Below, one piece after another: positions 9,669 through 19,603 of a stretch of 64,000 bases of DNA. The DNA comes from an uncultured bacterium. GTDB taxonomy: Bacteria; Patescibacteriota; Minisyncoccia; Phycocordibacterales; Phycocordibacteraceae. The stretch is taken from contig CAWKPH010000001.1 in the NCBI GenBank assembly GCA_963851445.1, positions 61,813-125,812 on the forward strand. Reading direction: 5' to 3'. Made by a program: the position numbers and the translations under genes. Each line of letters opens with the position of its first letter. Positions within the stretch are counted from its first letter, which is position 1. The notes under the pieces were generated by a model that did not search any database, had not been told where the DNA came from, and saw nothing but the letters and a program-made list of their open reading frames with translations.

Positions 9669-10974
9669 TTATTCCTGAATGAAGGTCAGTGCTTTACCGG
9701 CTGCACCTGCACGCCCTGTGCGGCCAATACGGTGGGTATAGTCCTCGTAGGTCGCGGGAAGATCGTAGTTTATAACGTGCGAAACAGCACTTATATCTAG
9801 GCCGCGTGCAGCGACATCGGTAGCTACAAGAACATTCACCTGACCTTGTTTGAAGAGGCCAAGCGCCTTCTGGCGACGCCCATGTGTCTTATCGCCATGG
9901 ATGGAATCAGCACGAATACCAACGTGATTAAGATCTCGTTCAAGACGCTCAACGCCATGCTTGGTACGGCCAAAGACGATTACCTTGTCGAACCCAGGTT
10001 GTTTAAGCAGGTTGGCAAGTACTTCGAGTTTTGATTCACCTGCCTTGATGCGGACAACATCTTGATCGACGGTCGCCGCGGTATCGCGTGTCTTTACCGA
10101 TACGACTACGGGCTTGTTGAGAAATTCGCCAACGAGCTTTTCGATTTCGCGTGAGAGCGTCGCTGAAAAGAACAACGTGTGGCGGGGGCTTGGCATTTGT
10201 CCGAGTATAAAGCGCATATCTGGAATGAATCCCATATCTAGCATACGATCAGCTTCATCGAGAACGACCGTGCCAAAGCTAGAAAAATTAAGTTCTCCTC
10301 GTTCTGCAAGATCCTTCAACCGCCCAGGAGTACCGATGACGAAGTTAGGATTGCGGCGAAGCTGTCGCATTTGTGGAACGATATTCGCCCCACCGACGCA
10401 ACAGACTGCATTAATGTTGAGAGTTTTTGCGAAGCCATAGAATTCCTGCTCGATTTGAAGCGCAAGTTCACGAGTAGGAACCATGATGAGTACGCGTTCA
10501 TCCTGTCCGAGTACGACGAAGCTTTATGATTTTGTCGAGAAGCGGAACGAGAAAGGCTGCTGTTTTACCAGTCCCTGTCTGCGCCATACCGACAACATCC
10601 TGACCCTTGAGCGCGAACGGAATTGCTTTGTCCTGAATCGGGGTTGGGGTTATATAGCCCTTTTTAATAATGTTGTCCTTGAGACGTTGGTCGATAGGAA
10701 AATCGGCGAATTGATGTTCAGGAATGAATACATCCTCGTCCTCAGTAACGACTGCCTTATTGATGAGTTTCGAAAGGTCGACGGACATCTCCTGGAAGCC
10801 TTTCTTTGACTTACCTCCTACAGAGCGGCCTCGAGAATTTGAGTACCTCGAACTGCCACGGTTACTATTTCCGCTTGAATTGTTGTTAAAACGTGAGCCG
10901 GAACTTCCACGACCGTAGTCGTTGGATCGCGGCGGGCGACGACCATCGGTACGTCGCATATATGTTGTTGCCAT
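9669..10974 (-). CDS. DEAD-box RNA helicase (one apparent frameshift at ~10510-10520)
   Basis: Q motif PTPIQ and AQTGTGKT in ORF 10498-10974; PTRELA, DEAD, SAT and [10 protein letters not shown] in ORF 9669-10484. N-terminal Arg/Gly/Ser-rich extension. Confidence 0.9.
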
Positions 10975-11194
10975 TGTGTATTTAGTTGATTGGCGCGCAA
11001 TTTTCTTTCGTCTCTTTTCGTACAGGCTTTGCTGCAGATTTGCGAGAACGCTGTCGCGAGATGCGCGCGATTATAAGAAGCAAAAGGAGATTTCTACTTT
11101 TCGCTCAACCGATCTCGAGAGTTTGCAGATTTCGTTCTTCATCTGGTCCTGAGCGACTCTCAAGACGATAAACGGGTAGAGATTGGTTATGTAC

Positions 11195-11222
11195 AGAGTA
11201 GCATGCCTCGCTGTTTTTGCAA
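11195..11222 (-). promoter_or_regulatory. Putative sigma70 promoter of DEAD-box helicase (implies ~210-nt 5' UTR)
   Basis: TTGCAA-N16-TACTCT with an extended -10 TG, on the minus strand. Confidence 0.5.
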
Positions 11223-11247
11223 GGCCCTATAGAAAATAGACGCGCGC

Positions 11248-11400
11248 CTAAGAAATGGGATTCTTCCCTTGAATGAGGCGTATTAGTATCAGAATAATCG
11301 CGATGACGAGAAGGACATGAATGAATCCTCCAAGGGTATAGGAGGTGATGAGTCCAAGTGCCCAAAGAATAAGAAGTATGACTGCAATTGTGATCAACAT
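11248..11400 (-). CDS. lmo0937-family small membrane protein (50 aa)
   Basis: Manual translation MLITIAVILLILWALGLITSYTLGGFIHVLLVIAIILILIRLIQGKNPIS; shorter than any ORF in the track. Confidence 0.85.
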   Translation of the reverse strand: MLITIAVILLILWALGLITSYTLGGFIHVLLVIAIILILIRLIQGKNPIS

Positions 11401-11486
11401 ATCTTGTATATTTATCTACTAATATAGCTACGAGAAACCTATATCCACACAATACTACAATACGCTCCTATAGATAGAGTACGATT

Positions 11487-13277
11487 CTATTCTTTGCGGC
11501 GAGCCTTGGCGCGCTCTGTCTCGTTGAGGAATTGTTTACGTAAACGCACAGAGATTGGCGTGATTTCGAGGTATTCGTCCTCGGCCATGATCTCGAGGCC
11601 GCGTTCAATCGTGAGGGTAAATGCAGGCACGAGATTTATGGCTTCATCATTACCCGACGAGCGAACATTGGTCAGGTTCTTACCCTTCGTAGGATTTACC
11701 ATCATTTCTTCACCTTTGGACGTATTACCTATGACCATCCCTTCATACACTTCGGTAGCAGGAACAATGTAGAGCACACCACGTTCCTGAAGGCCCCAGA
11801 GTGCATAGCCAAGTGCTTTGCCAGAAGCCATTGAAATCATGGAGCCAACTTGGCGCTTTTTAATCTCCCCCACATAAGGCTTGAAGCCAATGAACCGTGA
11901 GGAAAGGATTCCTTCGCCTTTTGTGTCGATCACAAATTGATTACGGTAGCCCAAAAGACCACGAGTTGGCCCTTCGAATGTGAGACGCACCAGATCATCA
12001 TGTTGCACGAGATTTTGCATGACAAATGCACGCGTTCCAAGGCGTTCGATAATTGCTCCCTGGAATTCACTCGGTGTGTCAATGATAACTTCTTCGAACG
12101 GTTCCAATTTCTTTCCTTCCTCTTCACGAATAATGACCTGCGGCTGCGAAACTTGGAGCTCGTATCCTGAACGGCGCATATTTTCAAGAAGCACCGCGAT
12201 GTGTAGTTCGCCGCGACCCGAGACCTTGAACGAATCTGGTGAAACAAAATCGACTTTGAGACCGACATTTACTTCAAGCTCACGCTCGAGGTATTCACGT
12301 AGCTGCCGGCTTGTCACGTACTTCCCTTCACGCCCCGCGAATGGAGAGTTATTCACGAGAAAATTAACACTAATAGTTGGTTCATCAATCGCAATTGCAG
12401 GAAGCGGATCTGCGGCTGCATCAGCCGATACTGTCTCGCCAATGAAAATATCTGAAAGGCCGGCGACAATGACAATATCCCCTGCCTGCGCTTCAGGCAC
12501 GTCAGTACGATCAAGACCTGTAAAGGTGAAAACCTTGGTAAGCTTACCCGAACGACTCGTACCATCTGGTTTCTTTACCGTCACACTCTCGCCGGCATGC
12601 ACGATACCTTCATATATACGTGCGATCGCAAGACGTCCAAGAAAGTTATCATACGCAAGGTTGAATACCTGGAGGCGAAGTGGCTTGGCGAGCGCTTCGG
12701 GCGTTGATGCGGGAGGCACCTGCTCAAGTACAACATCAAGGAGTGGCGTAAGGTCCTTGCGTTCGTCGTCAAGCTTTCGCATGGCAACACCTTCGCGGCC
12801 AATCGAATACACCGTTGTAAAATTAGCCTGCTCATCAGTTGCACCAAGCTCAAGAAAGAGTTCGAGTACTTGTTCTTCAGCGCGCGCTGGATCTGCTGCT
12901 GGCTTATCAATTTTGTTGAGCACAACGATTGGTTTGAGCCCTAGTTCGAGCGATTTCTTTAGAACGAATCGCGTTTGTGGCATGGGGCCTTCCTGTGCAT
13001 CGACGATAAGAAGTACCGAATCAATCGAGCGGAGCACCCGCTCTACTTCTGAACCGAAATCCGCGTGCCCTGGTGTATCAACGATATTTATTTTTGTGCC
13101 CTTGTATTGGATTGAAACATTTTTTGAGTAGATTGTGATGCCGCGCTCCTGCTCAAGAGTATTTGAATCGATAGATACACCCGTAGAGACCGCGCCGGTC
13201 TGAGCAAGGATCGCATCGGTAAGAGTTGTTTTACCGTGGTCCACGTGCGCTATGATCGCAATGTTACGAATTTCCAT
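11487..13277 (-). CDS. typA: Translational GTPase TypA/BipA
   Basis: IAHVDHGKTTL, ERGITI, DTPGHADF, GRGELH, C-terminal NVRSSGNDEA and DEYLEITP. Confidence 0.97.
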   Translation of the reverse strand: MEIRNIAIIAHVDHGKTTLTDAILAQTGAVSTGVSIDSNTLEQERGITIYSKNVSIQYKGTKINIVDTPGHADFGSEVERVLRSIDSVLLIVDAQEGPMPQTRFVLKKSLELGLKPIVVLNKIDKPAADPARAEEQVLELFLELGATDEQANFTTVYSIGREGVAMRKLDDERKDLTPLLDVVLEQVPPASTPEALAKPLRLQVFNLAYDNFLGRLAIARIYEGIVHAGESVTVKKPDGTSRSGKLTKVFTFTGLDRTDVPEAQAGDIVIVAGLSDIFIGETVSADAAADPLPAIAIDEPTISVNFLVNNSPFAGREGKYVTSRQLREYLERELEVNVGLKVDFVSPDSFKVSGRGELHIAVLLENMRRSGYELQVSQPQVIIREEEGKKLEPFEEVIIDTPSEFQGAIIERLGTRAFVMQNLVQHDDLVRLTFEGPTRGLLGYRNQFVIDTKGEGILSSRFIGFKPYVGEIKKRQVGSMISMASGKALGYALWGLQERGVLYIVPATEVYEGMVIGNTSKGEEMMVNPTKGKNLTNVRSSGNDEAINLVPAFTLTIERGLEIMAEDEYLEITPISVRLRKQFLNETERAKARRKE

Positions 13278-13377
13278 AAATTAGTCCTGAAAAGCAGTTT
13301 GCCCTGGTCGGTAGAAAAACAAAACGGCCCTGCGGCCAGTTCTTCTCACAATACCTTTATAGTATGATAGCGTCAAC

Positions 13378-14355
13378 CTATTTGAGATATTCTTTAATAT
13401 TCGCAATCTGCCCTGCGTACGTATCCGAACAGTGGATCTGGCCTGTTGGGTCGTGGAGATAGTAAAGACAGTCTGTCTGTTCCGGGTTGAGGACAGCATT
13501 TATTGCCGCGAGGCTTGGTTCATCAATAGCATGCGGGGGTAACCCAGCGTGTTCATAAGTATTGAAGGGAGAATCAACGAGCTTATCAGCCGGAGTTGGA
13601 ACTGGCCACCAATCTGATTCATTGCCAACTACATACTGGAGAGTTGCGTCAATCTGAAGTGGCATATTATTTTTTAGACGATTAAAGATAATCCCTGCGA
13701 TGAGCGGCATATCGCTTGTGCCAGCAGCTTCACGTTCAATAAGTGAGGCAATTGTCACAACATTTGTCCACTGCAATCCTTCTTGCTCGGCTTGGTTTGC
13801 GTAGGGCGCAAATTCTTGTTGGAAACGATCCCGGAACCGCTCGGCAATTTGTGCAGGTGACTGCGCAGAAGAAATGAGGTAGGTATCGGGGAAATATACT
13901 CCTTCAACGTAAGCTGGCGAAGGATCGGTGTCTATATTCAGCCATTCGCTTTTCTGTGCGGCCGTCCAGTTAAATGTTGCCGCAAGCTTGTCAGCTATCT
14001 GCTCCTTACGCCAACCTGGAGGAAAGGTAAAGAAGACCAATGATGGTGGCTGCACCAAGGCACTCGCAATGCTCCATATATCCATGCTCGCTGAGAGCTC
14101 ATATCCTCCAGGTTGAATAGTTATACCTTTGTCGACATACTCGTACGCGATCTTAAGCGCAAGTCGACTTCGTACAAACCCCTGTGACTTTAAGGTATCG
14201 AAAACCTGATCAGAGGTTTCACCAGGATTTACCGTGAATTCTGTCTGGCCGGCATAGAGATCGACTGGACCAAAGTAATGCGCATACAGGAGCGCAATGA
14301 CAAAGAGAGCTAGAACGACTCCGCCTATGCTGATTGAAAATAAACGTCGTCTCAT
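13378..14355 (-). CDS. mltG: Endolytic transglycosylase MltG
   Basis: EGVYFPDTY, ASLIEREA, LQIDATLQY, SPFNTYEHAGLPP; N-terminal TM. Confidence 0.92.
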   Translation of the reverse strand: MRRRLFSISIGGVVLALFVIALLYAHYFGPVDLYAGQTEFTVNPGETSDQVFDTLKSQGFVRSRLALKIAYEYVDKGITIQPGGYELSASMDIWSIASALVQPPSLVFFTFPPGWRKEQIADKLAATFNWTAAQKSEWLNIDTDPSPAYVEGVYFPDTYLISSAQSPAQIAERFRDRFQQEFAPYANQAEQEGLQWTNVVTIASLIEREAAGTSDMPLIAGIIFNRLKNNMPLQIDATLQYVVGNESDWWPVPTPADKLVDSPFNTYEHAGLPPHAIDEPSLAAINAVLNPEQTDCLYYLHDPTGQIHCSDTYAGQIANIKEYLK

Positions 14356-14461
14356 TATGCTCTCTTGCGCCTATCAGTGTGTCTTGACGAACTATGATTC
14401 TCCCCTCCTGCAAACTTCAAAAGCAACATTTTCTCATTCTAACATCCTCATTCAGTTGCAT

Positions 14462-14704
14462 CTATTTTATGAGCTCTAGCTTATCCTGCCGACGAAGCTG
14501 TTTTAGTCCATATTCGCGCTTCTGAGCCTCGCTTCGTGAGGCGCACTTCTCCCAGTAGCGAAGCACGACAGGTCGCCGGTTTTTCGTATACTGCGCTCCG
14601 TGAAGACTTCCGTTATGTTCAGTTATTCTTCGTTCAAGGTCAGTTGTATATCCGCAGTACAAGGTGCCGTCCGCGCATTCGACCATGTACACAAAATGAT
14701 TCAT
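14462..14704 (-). CDS. GIY-YIG nuclease family protein (UPF0213-like)
   Basis: FVYMVECADGTLYCGYTTDLERRITEHN, AQKRE. Confidence 0.9.
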   Translation of the reverse strand: MNHFVYMVECADGTLYCGYTTDLERRITEHNGSLHGAQYTKNRRPVVLRYWEKCASRSEAQKREYGLKQLRRQDKLELIK

Positions 14705-15306
14705 GAAAGCTTATAGGTACTAATGATCCTGGCAGCCGCCTCAGAAAACTGCATTCCTATTGGAACAATTTCAAGCGGCATATTCGCTTCTTCAAGCGCT
14801 TGGCGCTTCTGTTCATCACTATGCATCCGTTCGAGACGCTGGTGATCAGGTCCGTTAAGCTCTATAGCGAGGATAGGCTGGAGCCATGCATTACAAATTA
14901 CAAAATCCAGATGTTTTGGGAGTATCTTATTGCGATTTACGTAGTATTTGCTACCGTGCATCGTCTCAATAACATCAGCGATTCGCATCTTTGGAAAAAT
15001 ACGAAAATCCTTCCCGATTTGTCGCTCAAGTTCGCGGTAAAAGGCGGTCTCCGTCGAGGTCATGACCATGCGACGTTTCCGATATGCGTGGGCCTCCTCT
15101 GGCCGTGCATGCATCGGCTCTGATCGTTGCACATCATGATATTGTTGTGCCAAACTTCGTTCACGGTGTCGTCCTCTGTGATTTTCTGTGTGAGCTAAAT
15201 GTGGATGATGAGTGTGCCATTCTGCTCTACCCACGAGAAAAATGAGTGCTGTGATGAGAACGATAATTACGAGAGAAAATACAAGCATCCTGCTCGCAGT
15301 ATACAA
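14701..15306 (-). CDS. DUF2726 domain membrane protein
   Basis: N-terminal TM; IFPKMRIADVI, KHLDFVIC, AIELNGPDH. Confidence 0.8.
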   Translation of the reverse strand: MYTASRMLVFSLVIIVLITALIFLVGRAEWHTHHPHLAHTENHRGRHRERSLAQQYHDVQRSEPMHARPEEAHAYRKRRMVMTSTETAFYRELERQIGKDFRIFPKMRIADVIETMHGSKYYVNRNKILPKHLDFVICNAWLQPILAIELNGPDHQRLERMHSDEQKRQALEEANMPLEIVPIGMQFSEAAARIISTYKLS

Positions 15307-15347
15307 CGCGTGTAGGACACTATCGCGTTATCTACACCTCACATATC

Positions 15348-16835
15348 TCAATTCGCCAAATCAAGAGTTAGATCGATTCGAATTTGCGAGACAAAATCCT
15401 GTACGTGACTCACGAGAATCATCGCGCCTTCGTATTGATCGAGTGCTTTAGCAATCACGGGCAAATGCCGGAAATTAATATGGTTAGTTGGTTCATCGAG
15501 AATGAGAAGCCCCGGGCGTTCAAGCACAAGACTTGCGAATGCCACAAGTCCTTTCTGCCCTTCTGAAAGCATGCCAATCTTCTTATGCATATGACTGCTG
15601 GTGAGGAGAAATCCTGCAGCAGTTGCCCGCATACGTTCCTCGTTTGGCTTTTCCATGGCTGCTAAAAGAGACTGGAAAACAGTCTTTTCGAAATCAAGTG
15701 TTGAGAAATCCTGACGGTAGTAGCCAACTTTTAGGGCTTTTGCAATCTTTGCACCCTCTGCGTGTCCGCTTGCAAGAGCTTCGAGAAGAGTGCTTTTCCC
15801 CGCACCGTTGGGACCCTTGATAAGCAAATGGTCCTTCTTTTTAAGCGAGACGCCGGCCGTGTGTATTTTGGGTTTGTGTGATTTAAAGCTCATTGACATA
15901 AAGGAGGTTATGCTCACGATTTCGCCAACGAGATTCTCTTGGACCGGAATTATAAATGGTCGAATGGTTTTATCCTCTTTACGTACGTCGACAACTGCTT
16001 CCTCCATCTCTTCAACTTCGCTGCGCATTTTCTTCGCAACGAGGCGCATCTTGCCTCCTTTTTGTGCGAAAAAGTTTGCTTTGTCCTTATTGGCTTGGAT
16101 CTTCTTCTCAAGTTGCGCATTCAGGCGATTCTCGCGTTCGATGCGAGCCGTTATTTCCTTGAGAAGATCAAAATAATTGCCAGTGTATTGTTCTACTTTC
16201 TGAGAGTGTAGATCGAGGTAGAGTACGCCCTGTGTAAATGAGTTGAGAAACTCTGCGTCGTGCGAAATAACAAGGCATGTCTTTTGATACTCCTTGAGAA
16301 ACTTGGTCAGATGCTCAATACCTGCAGCATCCAGATTATTCGTTGGTTCATCAAGAAGCAGTAGGTCGGGATTCTGGATGAGCGCAGATGCGAGGAGTAA
16401 TCGCGCTTGTTGGCCTCCGGAAAATGACTTAATGAGACGATCATGGGATGCCTTAAAGTTCACAATTTCGAGAGCGGCATCGATCTTTGGATCAATGTCA
16501 TACACTTTCTCGGTAAAACATTTCTCGAAGAATTCGCGGATTGTGAGGTCGCGCTCAGAAGCTGTGATCGCTTGATTTGCCATGGCAATAGAGAGTCCAT
16601 GCTGCTTCACAACCTTACCCTCGTCGGGTATAAGAGCGCCGGTTATGAGCTTGAATATCGTGCTCTTCCCCGCGCCATTTTGCCCCATCACCGTCACCTT
16701 CATGCCACGCCGAACTGAAAAATCCACCTCCTTTAATATAGGATGGTTGTGGCCGTAGCCGAATGAAAGCCCTTCAAAACGTAGGGCCGCTTCTCGCGGT
16801 CCTTGAGGGTTCGCATTTTTAGGAGTGGTGTCCAT
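15348..16835 (-). CDS. ABC-F family ATPase
   Basis: Two ABC domains (GQNGAGKS, FSGGQ, LDEPTNNLD; GPNGAGKS, LSEGQ, LDEPTNHI), no TM segment. Confidence 0.92.
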   Translation of the reverse strand: MDTTPKNANPQGPREAALRFEGLSFGYGHNHPILKEVDFSVRRGMKVTVMGQNGAGKSTIFKLITGALIPDEGKVVKQHGLSIAMANQAITASERDLTIREFFEKCFTEKVYDIDPKIDAALEIVNFKASHDRLIKSFSGGQQARLLLASALIQNPDLLLLDEPTNNLDAAGIEHLTKFLKEYQKTCLVISHDAEFLNSFTQGVLYLDLHSQKVEQYTGNYFDLLKEITARIERENRLNAQLEKKIQANKDKANFFAQKGGKMRLVAKKMRSEVEEMEEAVVDVRKEDKTIRPFIIPVQENLVGEIVSITSFMSMSFKSHKPKIHTAGVSLKKKDHLLIKGPNGAGKSTLLEALASGHAEGAKIAKALKVGYYRQDFSTLDFEKTVFQSLLAAMEKPNEERMRATAAGFLLTSSHMHKKIGMLSEGQKGLVAFASLVLERPGLLILDEPTNHINFRHLPVIAKALDQYEGAMILVSHVQDFVSQIRIDLTLDLAN

Positions 16836-16879
16836 ATATGTACCTTACCGTATCCAAGACAGATTAGTAACTGTAGGGA

Positions 16880-17428
16880 TCAAATTCGATATTCTTTACG
16901 CAATTCACTTCTACACGCCTTGTAATCGGGAACGGTCTTTGTAACTAATTTCCAAAACCGTTCTGAATGATTCATTTCCTTGAGGTGGCAAAGCTCGTGC
17001 ACAATAATGTAGTCCGCAAGATGCGACGGCAGGAGTGCAATACGAAAATTAAAACTGAGTGTGCCCCTTTTTGAACAACTCCCCCAGCGTGTTTTCTGAT
17101 TTCTCATAGTTACTCTCGAGTATTGAAACCCATAAAACTGATTGAAGTACGTGAGTCGTGAAAGAGCCAGTGTTCGGGCATGATCCCTATATCCTTTACT
17201 CTCAGCTACAGAAAACTTTTTAGGACCACTTATTTCTTTTTGCCTCCCATCCTCGAATTTAGTGAATGTTTTCTCAATCCATACTGATTTTGTCTTAAGA
17301 AATTGCTCTACTACTTCAACGGAGACCTTCCGAGGTGTGGTAACCACAATTCGACCATCAGGATGGATTGTAAGTATCGTACTTTTCGCACGACGATTTA
17401 TTCTGTGAGTATAATTCCATTCGCGCAT
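16880..17428 (-). CDS. YgjP/DUF45 family zinc metallohydrolase
   Basis: QKTRWGSCS and YIIVHELCHLKEMNHSERFW. Confidence 0.9.
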   Translation of the reverse strand: MREWNYTHRINRRAKSTILTIHPDGRIVVTTPRKVSVEVVEQFLKTKSVWIEKTFTKFEDGRQKEISGPKKFSVAESKGYRDHARTLALSRLTYFNQFYGFQYSRVTMRNQKTRWGSCSKRGTLSFNFRIALLPSHLADYIIVHELCHLKEMNHSERFWKLVTKTVPDYKACRSELRKEYRI

Positions 17429-17466
17429 GCAAACGTAGCTTTGATCTGTAAATTTACGCTTGAGTA

Positions 17467-18666
17467 TTACTGATACTGTATAAACATCGGTTGCGGTGTA
17501 AGCTGAAGCACTTCCTGTGGCGTCATCATACCCGTTGAAGGGGGACGCAAATCATTAACGAAAAATAGCTTGAACCCGGTGAATTGAACTGGCTCGTCTT
17601 CAATAAATTTCGCATACGTGTTCTTTTTTCGCGCAGGTGAGCCCCAGCCGTCCATGTCCATCACAATCTCGACTTGCGGGAGCGGCGTAATGTCCTGTGT
17701 ATTCGTAACCATATCCTGGGTGAAGCGGTGTACGATGAGGATTTTTGGTGGCAGATTGTACTCCTCTACAAGACCCGCGAGGTAGTTGGCAGCAAAATTT
17801 ATGTCGCTTGCGTCCAGTGTGCCAATCTCTGTTCCTGGAGGGGCACCGTCTTTCATCGAGAATTCTGGATCAAGTGCGAGTTCAACATTGGGTAGTGCGA
17901 GATATTTCTCAAGAAGCGGCACCTCTGTCTGCACATTACTGAGACCCACTTGTACATCGAGTATGAGGACACCGTGTTCTTGATTTGCTAATCCAAGCGC
18001 TTCCTCGATCTGGCTATCGGGCATACGGAGCCTATATTTGCCATCTGCACCTGGACTTCCCTGCGCGGTAACGGCGATATAATCAATTCCCGGTACAACA
18101 GGGGTACTCGGGTCTGCGGCCTGCCACTGGGCTACGGTCGCGTTCAGCATCTGAAGCATCTGCGGCACGGGATACTTTCCGAGAACTCCCATTGAGGTGG
18201 AGTAGAAGTTTCCGTAGTAAGCGACAATGCGACTAAATGGGAGGATTGCACCTGCATTTGGATAAACCGTTTTCACTGGCCATAAGGGGGGTGGGTCGGC
18301 AACTGCCACCGCGGCTGAGGCGGTGGAGCTACTCATCATAGAAGCCGAAGAGGTTGCAACAGGAACAATTGGTTCATTGGCAATTTCTTGCAGTTTTTGG
18401 TTGTAAAGGGCGATGTTGAGGGTCGGAACTACGGGGGGTGTTGAGGTTGCTGCAGTGGAACTTGCGGTCACAACGATTTGCGCATGTACATGGTCATAAA
18501 GTCCTGTGAAAAAGTTAGTGAAGGTAAGGAAATAAAGCGTCGTAAGATATATGATGCAGGTAATGAAACTGAAAATAAAAACGAGCCGTTTTCTATCGGC
18601 TTTCGATTTTTCTTGCATTTGATCGTTCTCCAAGCGATTCTTATTTTTCTTCGTAAACAAAGCCAT
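17467..18666 (-). CDS. Conserved membrane-anchored extracellular protein
   Basis: N-terminal TM, Ser/Thr linker, conserved-looking domain (IVAYYGN, LALDPEF, HRFT, MDGWG). Start placed at MALF (ORF track extends to 18687). Confidence 0.7.
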   Translation of the reverse strand: MALFTKKNKNRLENDQMQEKSKADRKRLVFIFSFITCIIYLTTLYFLTFTNFFTGLYDHVHAQIVVTASSTAATSTPPVVPTLNIALYNQKLQEIANEPIVPVATSSASMMSSSTASAAVAVADPPPLWPVKTVYPNAGAILPFSRIVAYYGNFYSTSMGVLGKYPVPQMLQMLNATVAQWQAADPSTPVVPGIDYIAVTAQGSPGADGKYRLRMPDSQIEEALGLANQEHGVLILDVQVGLSNVQTEVPLLEKYLALPNVELALDPEFSMKDGAPPGTEIGTLDASDINFAANYLAGLVEEYNLPPKILIVHRFTQDMVTNTQDITPLPQVEIVMDMDGWGSPARKKNTYAKFIEDEPVQFTGFKLFFVNDLRPPSTGMMTPQEVLQLTPQPMFIQYQ

Positions 18667-18746
18667 GTGGTACACCCTACTATACAAGGATTCCTACAGT
18701 CTATCACGCACCCTGCTACCCTCTGGAATATTATCTGAAGGCTTGT

Positions 18747-19124
18747 TTACCGCTCTGCAATCGTTATTTGATTGCCGTCTGGGTCCGCAAAACGAAACCA
18801 CTTCACGCCTGAACCGGGGCCGTAGAGATCATCTTTAATTTCGCTGACTGTTACACCCTTCTCGCTAAGCCCCGTATGTGATGCTGTGACATCGGAGGTT
18901 GCAAAATAAAGCATCATCGTGCCGGGCTTCATATCTTCGTGATAGGTGGAGAGGGTGATAGTAGCTCCGCCTTCTGGCAAGGTAACTGCTACCCACCAGT
19001 TATTGTCGTCTTGGCGGTAATCCGTAGTGACTTTGAGACCAAGCTTGTCTGCGTAGAACTCTTTAGCCTTAGGCATGTCACTGACAGCCATCATGACCAT
19101 CGTTAGTTTGTCGGCAATTTGCAT
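18747..19124 (-). CDS. VOC/glyoxalase family protein
   Basis: VSDMPKAKEFYADKLGL ... FADPDGNQI; start placed at MQIADK. Confidence 0.88.
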   Translation of the reverse strand: MQIADKLTMVMMAVSDMPKAKEFYADKLGLKVTTDYRQDDNNWWVAVTLPEGGATITLSTYHEDMKPGTMMLYFATSDVTASHTGLSEKGVTVSEIKDDLYGPGSGVKWFRFADPDGNQITIAER

Positions 19125-19158
19125 AGTGTATATTTTGCCATTAATTATAAATGCCGAT

Positions 19159-19512
19159 TTACATACCTCCTCTAGGATTCGCATCCATCAGTTCTACGTA
19201 GGAACTTGGAATCATTTGAAGATGTGGATTACTCTGCACAAGAGTAGCGGCAGCATCATGTGATTCAGCTTGGACCATCATGCACCAGTTCATATCGTTC
19301 TTCATATCCGTAATGCTGTCTTTGGTCACGCGCTTGGTCTTCCCAAGAGGAAAACCGTCCTCGACAATGGCATCCTTGTGGGCTTCACGCCATGCCTTCC
19401 ACTCCTGCATGACTTTATCAGACTGTTCTTTACGAGTTGCCTCGTCAACGGTGGCCATCCAATCCTTCATGGAGTCAGCTGGAATACAAAAGATTGCTAC
19501 ATACTTATTCAT
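19159..19512 (-). CDS. YciI-related protein
   Basis: PLGKTKRVT ... VQAESHDAAATLVQSNPHL, typical of YCII-like small proteins. Confidence 0.65.
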   Translation of the reverse strand: MNKYVAIFCIPADSMKDWMATVDEATRKEQSDKVMQEWKAWREAHKDAIVEDGFPLGKTKRVTKDSITDMKNDMNWCMMVQAESHDAAATLVQSNPHLQMIPSSYVELMDANPRGGM

Positions 19513-19603
19513 AGAGATGTTGTTATTGGTATGTGTCTATTCTACCAAATTGATTCGTGAGTTACACGTGAATTGTGCTAGCACAAGATTCGAACAAAGT
19601 TCG

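Noticed and set aside
10498-10500. TGA readthrough or genetic code 25 in the helicase
   Set aside because: The downstream part is in a different frame, and TGA ends many intact genes here.
11105-11452. 115-aa minus-strand ORF
   Set aside because: Overlaps, in another frame, the better supported 50-aa lmo0937-family gene.
11980-13131. 383-aa plus-strand ORF
   Set aside because: Antisense shadow of typA with no recognisable motifs.
14462-14704. GIY-YIG as a homing endonuclease or intron
   Set aside because: Stand-alone 80-aa UPF0213-type gene; no interrupted host gene.
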